Below are positions 11,209 through 23,979 of a DNA stretch of 64,000 nt, piece after piece. The stretch's first letter is position 1. Each line of letters opens with the position of its first letter. The position numbers and the translations under genes are program-made. Origin of the DNA: Vicugna vicugna (taxonomy: Eukaryota); NCBI GenBank assembly GCA_013265495.1, contig MU059002.1, forward strand, positions 248,001 to 312,000, given 5' to 3'. The notes under the pieces were generated by a model, which was not told the origin of the DNA, made no database searches, and saw nothing but the letters and a program-made list of their open reading frames with translations.

Positions 11209-11816
11209 AAGATCTACTGCCTTCTTACATTCGGTTCTTGCTTCTAGAGAGAAAAGTATTGGACACTATGTTGTATCAGAGAGCACTGAATTTAGCCTGA
11301 GGATTTCTGAGCTTTTACAGGGGCTCTGATGCTCTACCTGTGTGGTTGTGGGTAATTATTTTAAGCCTCTATGGCCACAGTTTCGTTATCTAAAAAGTGG
11401 ATGTTCTTTAAGAACCCTTTGAGATTTAAATTCTGTGATAAAGGGTAAGGATCTGGGGATTGAGGACTGAGTGGCCACTCTGCTTCCTGCCTACTTCTTG
11501 GACTTTCCTTGACTGACTGTCCTTGAAGAAGGGGTTCTGTTTAGCCAAAGAATGTATTTTGGAGTCTGCAAGCACCCAACATGCAACCAGCTAACTTATG
11601 AAACAGTGTACATCATGTGAATACTTGCTTATGACTACAGGAGAGCCCAGAGAAGTTCAGACCTGACCCCTGGGAGCATCCTGCCCACCAGGGTGAGTGG
11701 ACATTAGGTGGTGAAATATCCATCACAGGAGAGCTGCTAGGCATTGGAACTTAGGAATAGAGTTGACATATCATAGTCCCTCATAGATATGGGAGGGATA
11801 TCAAATGAGGTCCAGT

Positions 11817-12150
11817 TAACTTCGAAAATATTACGTGAAAAAAGCCAGACACAAAAATTTACCTGTTATGTGATTCCATTTGTGTAAAATATCCAGAAAA
11901 GGTAAACCCATAGAGACAAAAAGCAGACGAGTGGTTGCCAGGGGCTTGGTGATATGGAGGATGGGGTGATGGGGAGTGGCTGCTTAATGGGGGCATNNNN
12001 NNNNNNNNNNNNNNNNNNNNNNNNNNNNNNNNNNNNNNNNNNNNNNNNNNNNNNNNNNNNNNNNNNNNNNNNNNNNNNNNNNNNNNNNNNNNNNNNNNNN
12101 NNNNNNNNNNNNNNNNNNNNNNNNNNNNNNNNNNNNNNNNNNNNNNNNTT
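11817..12150 (+). mobile_element. L1MB/L1MC 3' end (tail masked by N)
   Basis: 'aaaagccagacacaaaaa...tgtgattccatttgtgtaaaatatccagaaaaggtaaacccatagagacaaaaagcag...gtggttgccaggggct...tgcttaatggg'. Confidence 0.85.
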
Positions 12151-12699
12151 AGATTGATAAATAGAGAAACAAATGCAAAAATATATATTACTTAAAATTT
12201 AAAGTGGAGATTTTAGCCCAGACAATGTAACTCTTGCCACAGTACAAATCACCCTGTAACCCTTCTTATCTGCCTTTTTCCACTCTAATCTTCGACCACA
12301 ATGATGACTGAGAAATGACTGCAAGTTCTGATTCATCAGAACTCTAAATAACTCCACAGCTCCAAACACCAGTGCTACGGCAGTTTTCAGATGATATGTG
12401 AACACCATCTTTCCTACAGACTCCTTCAGAATCCAATTTGGGCCCCATGTCTTTTCTGAAAAGTTTCCCGTCCCTTGAGTTGAAAGAGATCTCCACCTTC
12501 TCTGACCGACCTTTTTAGGGCTTTACTCACTGCCTATCTTGGATTATGGTTGCTTATTTTCCTGACATGCTTTATCTCCCTTACTTGAGGCCAGAATCAT
12601 ATTCCCCTCACCTTTGTATCCTCTCAGACACCGGGGCAGTGTGTACTGAGTAAACATTGGAGCTTTTGCTCTTATTTTCTTCTCTACCTGAAATGTGCT

Positions 12700-13175
12700 T
12701 TGTAGGAGAATTCCACAGCAGTCTCTCCCCTTCCTCTTCTTAGCTACTGGAGTTTTTAGGGATCTACCGTTCCCCATACTCAGCTCCTGAAATTCAGGGT
12801 GGGCATAATGCCTTCCCGGATGTATGCCATTCCTCCTACCATCTTCATGGGTGGTCTTGTCTGCCTGCTCCAAATCTGAGAATCCTTCCATACAGATTGC
12901 AGATTTGAGCCCACGTAAACCTGGAGCTGAAGGTGACCATTTGCCATGGTGTGGGAAGAGCTGGCCTGGGAATAAAGCCAACACGAAGAAAAGTAGGTCG
13001 TGCAGTAGAGAGAGACTGGTTCTGGGAATATTGTTTGGATACCAGGGTTCTGCCAACGGGGAGCCAAATTTGCCCCTGGACTTCTCAGTTTCATGAGCCA
13101 ACTATCCCTCTTTTTTGCTGAAGAAATTAGAGTTGGGTTTTTGCCACTTATCATTGAAAGACTCCTGTCTGACAC
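12700..13175 (+). mobile_element. MLT1J/K-like MaLR LTR
   Basis: 3' end 'cccctggacttctcagtttcatgagccaac...ttttttgctgaagaaattagagttgggtttttgccacttatcattgaaagactcctgtctgacac'. Confidence 0.75.
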
Positions 13176-13419
13176 GTTCTTGGTATCTCATCGCAAATTT
13201 CAAAACATCGTTCAAGACTTGGGTAAGATCAGATGTTCTCTGGGAAGCCCTCATGTCTCTTCGTATATTTTTATTTATTCACTCTGTTATTTATTACTCT
13301 ACATTGAACAAAGATTTATTGAGCATCCAGAACAGGTACAGATATATAAAGGAATAAGACTGTTTTTGCTTCTAGGGAGTGATAGTAATAGAAAGCCTTA
13401 TATTTAGGCAATTTTTTAT

Positions 13420-13570
13420 AATTTTACCCTTCCCCCATCCTTACATTAGTCTTGTGAGATGAATATTGCTATGTGTATTTTATAGATGGTAAAACTGAGG
13501 ATCGGAGGTTATATAGAGGTTATTCAGTTGAGCGAGCCCACAGTTTGACCATTTGGACTCCAATTTGAAC
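13420..13570 (-). mobile_element. MIR fragment
   Basis: Core 'ttttatagatggtaaaactgaggatcggagg'. Confidence 0.65.
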
Positions 13571-13985
13571 TTCTGCTTCCTCTGTTCTTCCAGTGCAGTC
13601 TGCCTTGCATTATGTTTTTTGTCTTTTGTTTTTTGTTTTTGTTTTTTGTCTTCTCCACTAGACTCTGGGTCCTATAAGGGCAGGGACTGTGGCTTGCTTA
13701 CTTTTCAATCAGCCACACATTTAAGCAGAGAATTTATGATGACAGAATTCAATTAAGTATTTTTTTGTCTTGATGGATAGATGAGTGAACCACAGCTGAG
13801 TGAATAATTTGTGTCCTCTGAAATCCAAATCCGAATTCACATCTCCAGATTCAAAGGAGCTAGAAATGCCATACTGCTGTTTCTGAAGCTCAGAATATTG
13901 TACACCTGTACAAGCCACCTATTTCCTCTGAGGCATCCCTCCTCCCCATGATGGGAGCATGTGTGGAGCCACCAGGACTCAGAAT

Positions 13986-14992
13986 CAGTGAAGATTTACC
14001 GTTAAATGAATGATGATTAAACTTCAGGGCCACTCACTTGCAAGGTCATATACACCAAATTTGCAAAATGAAACATTTAAGTTATATTGTTTAAGATCAT
14101 GGTCCCGTTCCATTCAAACGTTCCTTCCACTATTCTTTCTCCTACGCAGGGTGGCACTGGAATGGCCGTATGTGTTGGGGATCTGGCTAAGAGGGAGTTG
14201 GGGATATATGGAGTTTGAGTTTAGTGAAAGATGTTTCTGTGGTTGAGACTTCCAGAAGCACATAGTGGATATTTATTTAGAATAAGAATGAGCCTAGGTA
14301 TTCAGCTGTGGGAGCGGCTTCCTGGAATGCTCCTGCTGCCCACTGGCTACTTGACCCAGTGTTGTGCCATGAAGATGTGGGGAAGGAGTTCTCTTGCACC
14401 ATGATCGCGTTTCATAGCCCAGCACTGTAAGGATATGGATAGTGGAGGGAAAGCACAATTTGAAACATGTAGAGTATGGAAAGTGTGTCTCACCGTCAGC
14501 TCTTAGTACATGAAAGTTCTTTCCTCTCAGGAATATAACCTGCTAATGCAGCATGCACAGTTATAAAAGACATCATAATTTTGTGTGTATGTGTGGCAAG
14601 AATTGAGGAAAATGGAAAATACAAAATTGGTGTAGGGCCTTGCAAGGGACCCATGGAGTGAGGGGCCTGTAGCTGAAGCTTCACCCGTTTCATGGTATAT
14701 CTGCCCCGGAAAATGATTTTCAAAACTGTTGTTGAATGAAGAGATTGTCAAGGAGATGGACATAAAATGTAGGGAAAACTCTTATGGAGGTGCAGCAGAT
14801 AGGAACAGACATCAGCATTTTTACACATTTTGTGACTTTTGTGATATTTTGCATCTAAAAAATTAATAACATGTTGTGACTTTTTATCACTCCAAGGAAA
14901 TAGTAAGTATCCCTTTTACTAAAGAGCACCTCCTTCTTGAAAAAAATGCTTTTAAAAGCTCCAGGCCTCACAAAAATCTGGATTTGTCCCTA
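13986..14992 (+). mobile_element. MER115/Zaphod-family hAT-Tip100 element
   Basis: 5' end 'cagtgaagatttaccgtt...acttcagggccactcacttgca'; internal 'gaatgctcctgctgcccact...gaaagttctttcctctcaggaatata'; 3' end 'aagctccaggcctcacaaaaatctggatttgtcccta'. Possible decayed 8-bp TSD ctcagaat/ccgagagt (5/8 match). Confidence 0.7.
14590..14709 (-). mobile_element. Second Zaphod/MER115-type end in inverted orientation, nested in the element above
   Basis: Reverse complement reads 'ccggggcagatataccatgaaacgggtgaagcttcagctacaggcccctcactccatgggtcccttgcaaggccctacaccaattttgtattt', the same terminal motif as at 13986. Confidence 0.65.
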
Positions 14993-15662
14993 CCGAGAGT
15001 AATTATCCAATGACTTTGGTTCAGTCATTCCCCTAAACATTCGTGAAATTCACCTTACAGTGTTTCACCTCCTTCTGCAGAAGCATTCAGTTTCTTCAGG
15101 GACAGAGGATGTGGCATCTTTGTGATTTCTGTGTTTGCAAATTCTAAAGCGATAAGATTCCTCTCGCTTTCTAATTGTGCAACAGTTGTTTTGGGCTTGG
15201 TAATAACCTCAGCTTCAGGATCTGGGAGAACATCACTTTTGCCAGTGGGAAGTACACAAGGCAGGACTTTTTGGTTTCGCTTAAAGTGGTGTTGAAATTG
15301 TGTATTGTAGTAGAATCCTATTAACTCCAATTTATGCAAAAATAGGCCAAGGCCCAGGGAAAAAAAGTGCTTTACCCAAGTTCATGGGATAATGAATATC
15401 AGAGCTGCAATTATAATTTCCCAACTCCCCAACTGTACATGCAATTTGCACGTTTACAATCCTGTACAAAAACCAACAGAGAACACAGATGGGCTTCTCA
15501 CCTCTGCTAATGAGAGCATCACTCTTCATTGCTGGGATAATTAAGCAAGTATTTAGTGGTCAGAAACCCACCCAGACTTTAAATAAAATCAATCAAACCC
15601 GGATCCCTTGGGAGATGTTGATTCGGGTTTTTTTTTTTTTCTTTCACACTGAAATGTAACTC

Positions 15663-15703
15663 TGTGTGTGTGTGTGTAGTGTGTGTGTGTGTGTGTGTGT
15701 GTG
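15663..15703 (+). repeat. (TG)n microsatellite, once interrupted
   Basis: Directly visible. Confidence 0.95.
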
Positions 15704-16139
15704 GTTCTTATTTTTGTGATTTAAAGCAGAGGAGAGTTAATCCAATTGCACCACACTTACTGAAGAGTCACATTCCCCGGAAAGGCCCTTCTTCTGACAC
15801 TCAAAAGACACCAGGTCAGAAGAGCGTTTTCTCTTTATGGACTGCTCTTTTCTTCCCTCAGAATTTTCCTTCTTCCTTATGGAATTAGACCCTTTAAGTA
15901 AATTGCAAACAGTTCCCTCTGTGTGAGGCAACGTCTAGCCCAGTACACTACGTGACACAATCATTGACATTTCTTGTGTACATAACAGCGGTCAGATTCA
16001 GCACTTTCAAGAATGGGAGTTGGAAAAATAATGAACTATTTTTTCCAAGATAAAACATACTATACGTTCCAGAAATTCGAAAGGTTTGAGGAATGAAAGG
16101 AACAAATTAATACATAATCCTTGGGTTATTTTTGTCACA

Positions 16140-16386
16140 ATCCATCCATTCCACTCTCCTCTCCTAATTCTCTTTACTCAGTTATACTTTCTCTTTTTTC
16201 TGCAGAATTTATCACCTTTGCACAAACCGCAAACTTTATTTATTTATTGTAACTATAGTTTACTATCTGTCTCTGCCCTCTAGAATGTAAGATGTAAGGG
16301 GACAAGAATTTTTATCTGGGTGCATCCCAAGCACCTAAAATAGCCCCTGGCATACAATAGGAGCTCAAGAAATAGTTGCTGGATGA
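16140..16386 (+). mobile_element. L2a 3' end
   Basis: 'ctatctgtctctgccctctagaatgtaagatg...cccaagcacctaaaatagcccctggcatacaataggagctcaagaaatagttgctggatga'. Confidence 0.8.
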
Positions 16387-16494
16387 CCATGTACTATGTG
16401 TCAGCACTTGGAGAGCAAAAAGTGAATATGATATTATTCTTTCCTTTGAGAAGCTTAATTACTTTCTCCATGGATTGAAATTCTAGAATGTTGG

Positions 16495-16925
16495 CATTAT
16501 TTATACCATTCTTTCTTATCCTTCCTATTAGAACCCGATTTGTTTGAGGTGGCAACATGTCTAACGAAAACAGTCTTTTATGTGGCCTTCCTTGTAGCTT
16601 TTCTTTTACTTCTGACCAATAAGACACAGGCTGAATTCTATCAGGGATATCTAGGAAAGTTTTGTTTTCCTGATAAAGACATTTGCTTTTCCTCTTTGTC
16701 ATTTATTTCTTCTCGTCTGGAATGGGGATGTGATGCCTGGAGAAATAGCTACTATATTGAGGCCAGAAGGATGAAAGCAAAATGCTAAAGATGGCAGAGT
16801 GAAAAGATACAAATAGAACAGGATGACCTACTTCTGGACTTGTTACAAAAGAAAAATACAATATTGGGGTATTTTTTTATGTGGATCTACATTACAGTGA
16901 ACCAAAAATAATCCTACAAAATACA
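16495..16925 (+). mobile_element. MLT1J-like MaLR LTR
   Basis: 'ttctgaccaataagacacaggctgaa...ggaaagttttgttttcctgataaa...tggaatggggatgtgatgcctggag...aatgctaaagatggcagagtgaaaag...cctacttctggacttgtta...aataca'. Confidence 0.75.
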
Positions 16926-18399
16926 CCCATCTCAAATCATGATTTAGCTAACTATCTTTAATTTTTTTCATAATCCCGATCTTTTAGAGAGTTAAGCCCG
17001 TTGGATAAATTCTACATTTTGGTGCCTTACTGTCAGGGACCCAGGGAGTCTCAGAGGGGAAAGGAAGATGACTGGAGGGCAGAGGATTCCTGGTACAAGG
17101 AATACACTTACCAAATAAATCCAGAGTCATTTAAAATGCTAGAGGACAAAAATCTCTCTACTGTCACTGTTCTTCAGAAAGCAACCACTTTTTAGCAGAG
17201 GCTTTTTCTTTGTTTTTTCCCCCTCTTGGGGCACTAGATTATAGTACGTTTATTGCTATCCATGCACAGTGACTAAGGAGAGATACTGAAAATTCAGATA
17301 ACAGGGCTGAATCATTTGGAAAACTTCTGTGCTGATATAGTGGTTGCTGTGACCCATTACACGAGTATGTCTATATAGGTGTATGTTTGAGTGTGCAAGA
17401 GTGTGAGTGTCCTCTGTGCATCCCCAACCAGGCCATACTTTAGTTCCCTCTTTAACTTCGCCAGAATAACCATTTTACCAGTCACTGTCAGTTTGATATT
17501 TACACAACAGTAAATTCTATTTTATTTGTTTATTTACTTTTTATTTTTTATTTTTTTGTAGAGTAGCTGAAAGCACCACACAAACACTATCTCCCTTATT
17601 TCTGGAAACTTACACATGCCTTTATTGTGGATTTTCAGGTTTGGTGCTGTAATTTTTATTTATCTTTTTAATGTAAAGCTAATCCTTTGAAGGGACACTT
17701 ACAGTTCTCTTCTGCAAAGAACGTTTAGTAACATTGACTGTGGGGTTTTTTTTTGAAGATGCTATCTTATTATAAAAATGTCTCTTTTTAAACCTTTTAA
17801 AACTTAAGATGGCAAATTATTCCTGTGCTTTAGTCAGAAACCTAAAACAAAGAAACAAACAAACAAAAGCCCTAAGCAAGACATTCCACCAAAAGGAAGT
17901 CATTCAGCTGTTTTTCTAGCTCGGCAGGAGGGCTTGGCTACTACACTCTTTTGAGGGAATTTGTGTTATGAGGAGCAAAATGAAAGGAAATAGGTAGGAA
18001 ACAATAAGCCACTTCAGTTCTGAACAGTTTTGTCTATTCTAGGAACTTCAAGTTCCCTGAGAAAAAGAACTTTAATTGCAGTTTATATGATTTCTTGCTC
18101 TTGGATCCTTCTTCCCTTTTTCTTACTATTTAAGAAATTGATTTCCAATTTCAAATATTTTTTTTACCTAGTTATCTTTTTTTAATGAAAATTTGAAGAC
18201 AAACAAACCAAACCAATTTATTTCACAATGAAACTCAAAAAAAATCCTGTTACTAATCAGAAAGGCTTCCAAGGATCAAATACTACCTTAATTCTCTCTT
18301 GAGGATTGTCTCAATATTTGAAGAAAAAGGCAGAACTCACCACCCCCAAAATTCATCGTTCCATTTCTTTCCATCAATAGAAGCCTGGAAACCAGAATA

Positions 18400-18545
18400 A
18401 AGGCCACAAACACAGCAGGGTATGATCATATGAGTAAGTTGTGGCCAGAATTGCTGTGCACAACTTCCAGGAAATGGAGGTGGCTTGTCTTTATCCTTTA
18501 TTTCCTCTTTCATTGATAGCATGTGGATGTGATGGCTGGACCGTG
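18400..18545 (+). mobile_element. MLT1 fragment
   Basis: 'atatgagtaagttgtggccagaa...tgcacaacttccaggaa...atgtggatgtgatggctgga'. Confidence 0.55.
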
Positions 18546-19314
18546 TAAAGAAATGTTTTTTCCATGTGTATTTTCCTGGGAGTTACACAGATAGAGGGCA
18601 TTCTTACATTACTCCCACATAGATGGGGCTTGTGGTTAGAAATTCTCCAGGCTTAATTTTCTTTTGACTTTATCCAGATTCAAGGCCAAAGCCCAGTGAG
18701 GCATATCTGCCCAACATCTCCCTCTGTAAAGTGTATGGAATACTTCTCCCCTACCCTCTGAGAGTATTTATATCTGGGGTTGGGGAGCAGCTTTATGCCA
18801 GAGTTTTTCAATCTGACCTGCTCCCTTGCTGGAGCCCCAGGTTGGAAGATAAGTGCTTTCTCTACTGCTTCCTTACCTCTGAGTTTCTCACCCTTCTCTG
18901 GCCTCTAATCCATCCCTATATTTTCCTGCCAACCATGCCATGCATTCAAATGACATTTTAAATATTTTATTCAGCATTTTAGTTATGCCTGGAGGGATTA
19001 GTCTGCCATGGTGCTGGAAATAGAATTCTAAATTCTGTTTTGTTTCATCTTCAAAAAATAGTGCTTACTTGATCACTTTATATTCATCAATGTTACTTCT
19101 TTTATTGACCTGTCATTCTTTATGTTAGACACAGAGCTATGAGTTTCCCTTCATTTCTTTCATTCCTTTCTTCTGTTTCTTCCCTTCTTTTTATCTTTTA
19201 TTTCATTTTCTTCCCGCCCCCCTTTTCTCTCTCTCTCTTTTTCTTATTTTTGTAAAGGAATCCAGGGTCCCAGATACCAGTGGCTTTTAGGGAGGAAGTT
19301 AAAGAATCACTGTT

Positions 19315-19540
19315 TACTCCTGCATTTATTGAGCACCTACTGTGTGTCAGGCACTGTGCTAGGCACAGGTGCTCTATGGATACAACCAGGATCCATAGAT
19401 GGATCCTGTCCTCAAACAACCAGTTGTGTGGAGGTGATTGTACAGTGTCGAGTGCTGTCACAGGGGTAGTATGGGGGTGCTAAGTGGACATAGGAGAGGG
19501 GCAGGTGTAGCAGGTTTTCCAGAGGAGGCCATCACAAAGG
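19315..19540 (-). mobile_element. L2 3' end
   Basis: 'gcatttattgagcacctactgtgtgtcaggcactgtgctaggcac'. Confidence 0.8.
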
Positions 19541-20194
19541 GTAATCTGTGTATGGGAGTTCCCCTTTAAGAGAGCCCACATGAGCTAATGCTGTAGTTCT
19601 GGACTGAGTGACTGAAGGAGCCCCGGCCCTGGAATTAGAATTTTGTCTGGGAAACAAACACTATATATTATTACTGCTTATATCACACAGGTGTGAGACT
19701 GCTGTTAGCCTCAGAAAAATCACAAAACGTTTCTTTTCTGTGGCAGTGCAGTTAAGCAATCACACCCAGGAAGCACAGGAGGCACCTTCTGCTCTTGAAT
19801 GGGTAGATAAAATGACCAGTGAGTTCCAAGTTCAAGAAACAGGACCCCAGTAAGTCAGACTGTAGACATCAACCTCATAGGATAACAGAAATATCCATGT
19901 TTCTCTACAAACACAGCATGGAGACCTCAAATAACTCTTTGCAAGAGTTGGCACAATCCGTTACAAAAAGCATTATATTGCACGTCTGTATTTGAACACC
20001 TCCAAATTGGAATGGGTAGAGCAATGACCCACAGATAGGGTTGTTTCTACATGCTCATTTTCCAGTTACCATAGTGTAAAGTGGAAATAATCGCTCTGTT
20101 AAAATCCAGTCTATTAGGATCATGCTTTACAGTAGGATCCCAAGACATGTAATTTTTATTAGTACAAAAGAGCAAAGTGAGAAAACAGACAATT

Positions 20195-20470
20195 CAAAGA
20201 GCTGCGGGCTGGTGGGCGTTTCTTGGCACAGAGCTTTGCCTGTTTTCTCGGGTACGCTGGTCGGCTAGCGCAGGACCCGGCAGGTGACATACTGCGTGTA
20301 CTCTCGGCTGTAGATCACAGCTGAACAAACTGCTCTGGAGTGTGAAGGGTCAGCGCAGTGTAAACAGAAATCAGCAGTGACCTATGGAGTCTTCACGAGA
20401 CATAATAAATACCGTCTTCACGCCCCTTCCCGCCTTCTGCTGATTCAGGTCTTCTCCAGCGCCATGGGGC
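20195..20470. promoter_or_regulatory. Small CpG-rich unique element (candidate enhancer or alternative promoter)
   Basis: About 15 CpGs by eye in ~280 bp, with E-boxes CAGGTG and CAGCTG. Not assignable to a repeat I recognise. Confidence 0.4.
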
Positions 20471-21011
20471 TTGTCTCTGGAGCAATATTTCAAAGCCAGC
20501 AGACCATTGTATTTGGAGCAGATTTTCTAACTGCACTTTTAATTTTGGGAAAATAGCTTTTAGCTCCTTCTGAAAATGTCATCATACACGTGGAGCTTCA
20601 TTGAGAAAGGAATAAAGTATTTTTAGAACACTCCATTAGCTTTGGCTACCATTAGTTTTGCTACTCTGAAAGAATTTCTTCTAGGTTTAGGAAATTAAAA
20701 TAGAGTTCTTTTTTTCAATCCAGAATCAAATTCTGTGGCAAAGTCATTAACTTTCCTGTCCTTGAAGTCCCCCAATGACCATTTAGTCCTTCTCCATGCC
20801 TTTTTTGACAGCTACCCAGGGCAGTGTGACCTCTTGCCACAGTAGGGCTGAGCCATATCATGCTGTTCCCGTCCCTGGGACAGCCACAAATCAGTCAGTA
20901 GAGCCTGTTCCAGTCCCTGTGCACACTGGGTGAAAAGACTCTCTCAGATTATGCTTTGCATCAGCTAGCTCATCCTTACCTATGGAGGTATTTTGAGACA
21001 GAGTTACTCAC

Positions 21012-21062
21012 CTGGACCTGAGGTGACTGGGGCTGATGAGAGTGGACCATATGCTGTGTTCC
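21012..21062 (-). other. Candidate 51-nt exon
   Basis: ttatttcttctctgccctggagtacacag|GGAACAC...GGTCCAG|gtgagt. Open in all three frames. A second donor TAG|gtaagg lies 32 nt further on. Confidence 0.3.
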
Positions 21063-21999
21063 CTGTGTACTCCAGGGCAGAGAAGAAATAAGTTTAGGAA
21101 GCTGTATGAACATACAGGAGAACACTTTCCAGCTTCCATCATGTGCAAGATTTGCTTCTCCAATGGGGTAAACTTGCAGAAAACCTTAAGCCACTTGTAG
21201 AATAATATCTGACCCTGTGCTATTTGACAAAAGTGTAAAAAGGATGATCAAGGGAAAACTTCCCCCCACCTGAAGCACAACCAAAGAGAAAGCTCAATCT
21301 ATAACTTAACCCAGATGGTCCTATTTTCTTTAGACTGTGAGCCATTTCCAGGGAAGTCATTAGTTTTAGCGTTTCTTCTTTTCTATTCTTGTAGTTAGCA
21401 TTTGGCTTGCCAAGTTCTAGCCATCCAAGAGGAGGAGAGATCAGATGCTTAAGATTAAGCTGTTCAAAGTCAATGATGTTTGGTTAAAATCAACAAATGG
21501 AATAAAGTGGACTGCAGGCTCACTGGGTCAAAAGTTAAAATTTGTTGATTGAGACTTATGCTATGAAATGGTTGGTTTTACCTGAAAGGAGGGTGCTCAT
21601 GAAAGAGAAGGCTAACAATAGTGTCACCAGGGAGAAGATGGAGGTGTTATGTTGAAGAGATGGTTCAAACTCACTTGTTATGCAGCCCCACTTTAAATCC
21701 CAGCAAAATTTCCCAGTGAAATAAAACAACAAAAACAAGAAAAAACTAAAATAGTGGGCTAGAAAATGTTGGTCATTAACCTCTTCAACTTGGATGCCTG
21801 GGACGAGACGAAACAAAAGTTAAAGTTAAAAAGTACAAGAATCCAAAGAAATTTGACTTAGAGAATTATGTGCACGCATTTATAGTTTTGCAATTCTTCA
21901 TCTTGTGCTAGATGCATTTCAAAATGAAAAACAAGGGCTTATGACTAGCTAAAAATAACTTCAAGGCCTTTCATCAGCCATTTTTACCTGTCACCTCTT

Positions 22000-22380
22000 G
22001 ATTTCCAAACTTACCACTTTGCTTGGCAGATAAAGATTTCTTGGTTTATCTTGAATACTGTTTTCTTCTCTGGCCTTCGTGTCCTCGATGTATATGTGAA
22101 ACTGTCCATGCTCATCTCCCTTTTCTTCTTCATGGCACTGTTGAAGTCTAGCATCTGCCTAAAATTCTTCCCAATTTAGAAGATTCAACTTACTCTCCTA
22201 CACAAAGGAAAACGTACCTCTTCCTAGACACCTGAGCACCACTCTGCACTTGTCCATACCGTCTTTTCTGGCATATGCACTTTGCAAGGACAAGAGCCAG
22301 GTCTTTTGTAAGCTTGCGTGGTTCCTACTCTTGTGTCTTGACCTATGTGGGTGTTCAATAAATGTTGAATCAAAGTGAAT
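22000..22380 (+). mobile_element. Degenerate L2 fragment
   Basis: 3' end 'ctttgcaaggacaagagccaggtc...gtgttcaataaatgttgaatcaaagtgaat'. Confidence 0.45.
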
Positions 22381-22619
22381 TGCTTCCCAGTGCATTATTG
22401 GCACCTGTACTTCGGTAGGTCAAGATCCATCTCTTTTTGCAGTGCTCAGTGGTTTTCTTTTTGAGTGCATTTCCGACCAGGCCAGAGTTGTTGGATGTCT
22501 CTGAAAATTGTTCACAGCTTGCTAAACAAGGAAGCAGCATGATCGCATTGTTGTATTGTAGCCATGGCCCAGGTTTACAAATCAAGGCAATTCCACTTAC
22601 ATTGTACAAATGATTGTGC

Positions 22620-22715
22620 TTTCTCTTTCTTTCCTTTCCTCCCTCCCTCTCTACCTCCCCTCCTTCCTATATTCCTTCCTCTCTCCCTCTTCCCTCCCCT
22701 CTCTTTCTTTTGCTT
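22620..22715 (+). repeat. CT-rich low-complexity tract
   Basis: Nearly pure pyrimidine run of about 90 bp. Confidence 0.9.
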
Positions 22716-23979
22716 TCTTTCTCTTGAAGCTCTCTTGTGAAACTCAAACACTTACAGCAGGATGGACAGCATTGAAGGGCTGTCTTTTTCAGCCCAGCAA
22801 AGCTGGATAAATGCAACTCCAGAAGCCTGGCCTTGTACATCGTTTGAGGAAGGTGTCAACAAGAACGAGCCGAATCAAGGCTGGCCCAGCACTCTGCCTG
22901 GGGATGACACTGGCCCCACCAGCGGGAACACTGAGTTTGTAGCTTCAGGCATTGAGTTCTCTCTATAGCTTAATGGCTCGCAGCCCTTTTATGAGACAGC
23001 TGGATAACAATGTGCCTTTAGGACTGGCTGACTTTTCCCCCCTCTTTTAAATTCTCAAACTGTACTGTATAAAACGTTCTGTCTCCTATCTCTCCATCAG
23101 TGAGGCCTGAATAGCCCAGCCAAGTGCTCCTACAGCACTTGTTTATTTCCTTGGATTTTTTTTTTCTACAATAAAAGAATAAGGGGAAAAGAAGGTCCAG
23201 GATGTGAGGGGTGTCTGGTGAAGGCCTCTGTGTGAGGTCCTTGGTGAGATAATCTCATTCTAAAGATCTGGGTGACTGGAATTTCCCTTCCTCCCATCCC
23301 CCGTAGACATCCCCTCCCCAACATCCTNNNNNNNNNNNNNNNNNNNNNNNNNNNNNNNNNNNNNNNNNNNNNNNNNNNNNNNNNNNNNNNNNNNNNNNNN
23401 NNNNNNNNNNNNNNNNNNNNNNNNNNNNNNNNNNNNNNNNNNNNNNNNNNNNNNNNNNNNNNNNNNNNNNNNNNNNNNNNNNNNNNNNNNNNNNNNNNNN
23501 NNNNNNNNNNNNNNNNNNNNNNNNNNNNNNNNNNNNNNNNNNNNNNNNNNNNNNNCTGAGTTACCCAGCACTAGGGATGGGGATGGAGGATGGTGCTCAT
23601 ACAGGCAGAAAGACTTTTTTAGTCACCATCATTTTCTAGCATTGAGAATGCTGACTTGTTTTATTTTGGAGTGCTTTTTAATCTTTCAAACTAGAAAACT
23701 TCGGAGTTAATTCCTCCCTTGTTTCCCCAAGGTGTCTCCTATATATTCTTCAGCAATCCTTTCCCCATTAAAACAAAGTAGGTTTTGAAGATACCGAATA
23801 AGAATAAGAAGGTTAAGAATTGAAAACTTTATGACTCTCCTAATGCCCTATATGGTTATATTGGTTCAAATCACCACTTGGGTATTAGAATATTGAGGCA
23901 TTGATCAGTCAGTTCATGACAAAAACTGATTTGACTTCAAAAGAAATGAATTGTCCATTTTTTCACCAAATTTTCAAGT

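Noticed and set aside
12544-13175. Overlapping 185-, 131- and 104-aa ORFs
   Set aside because: They lie largely in an MLT1 LTR and flanking L2 remnants, on both strands, with no protein-like motif.
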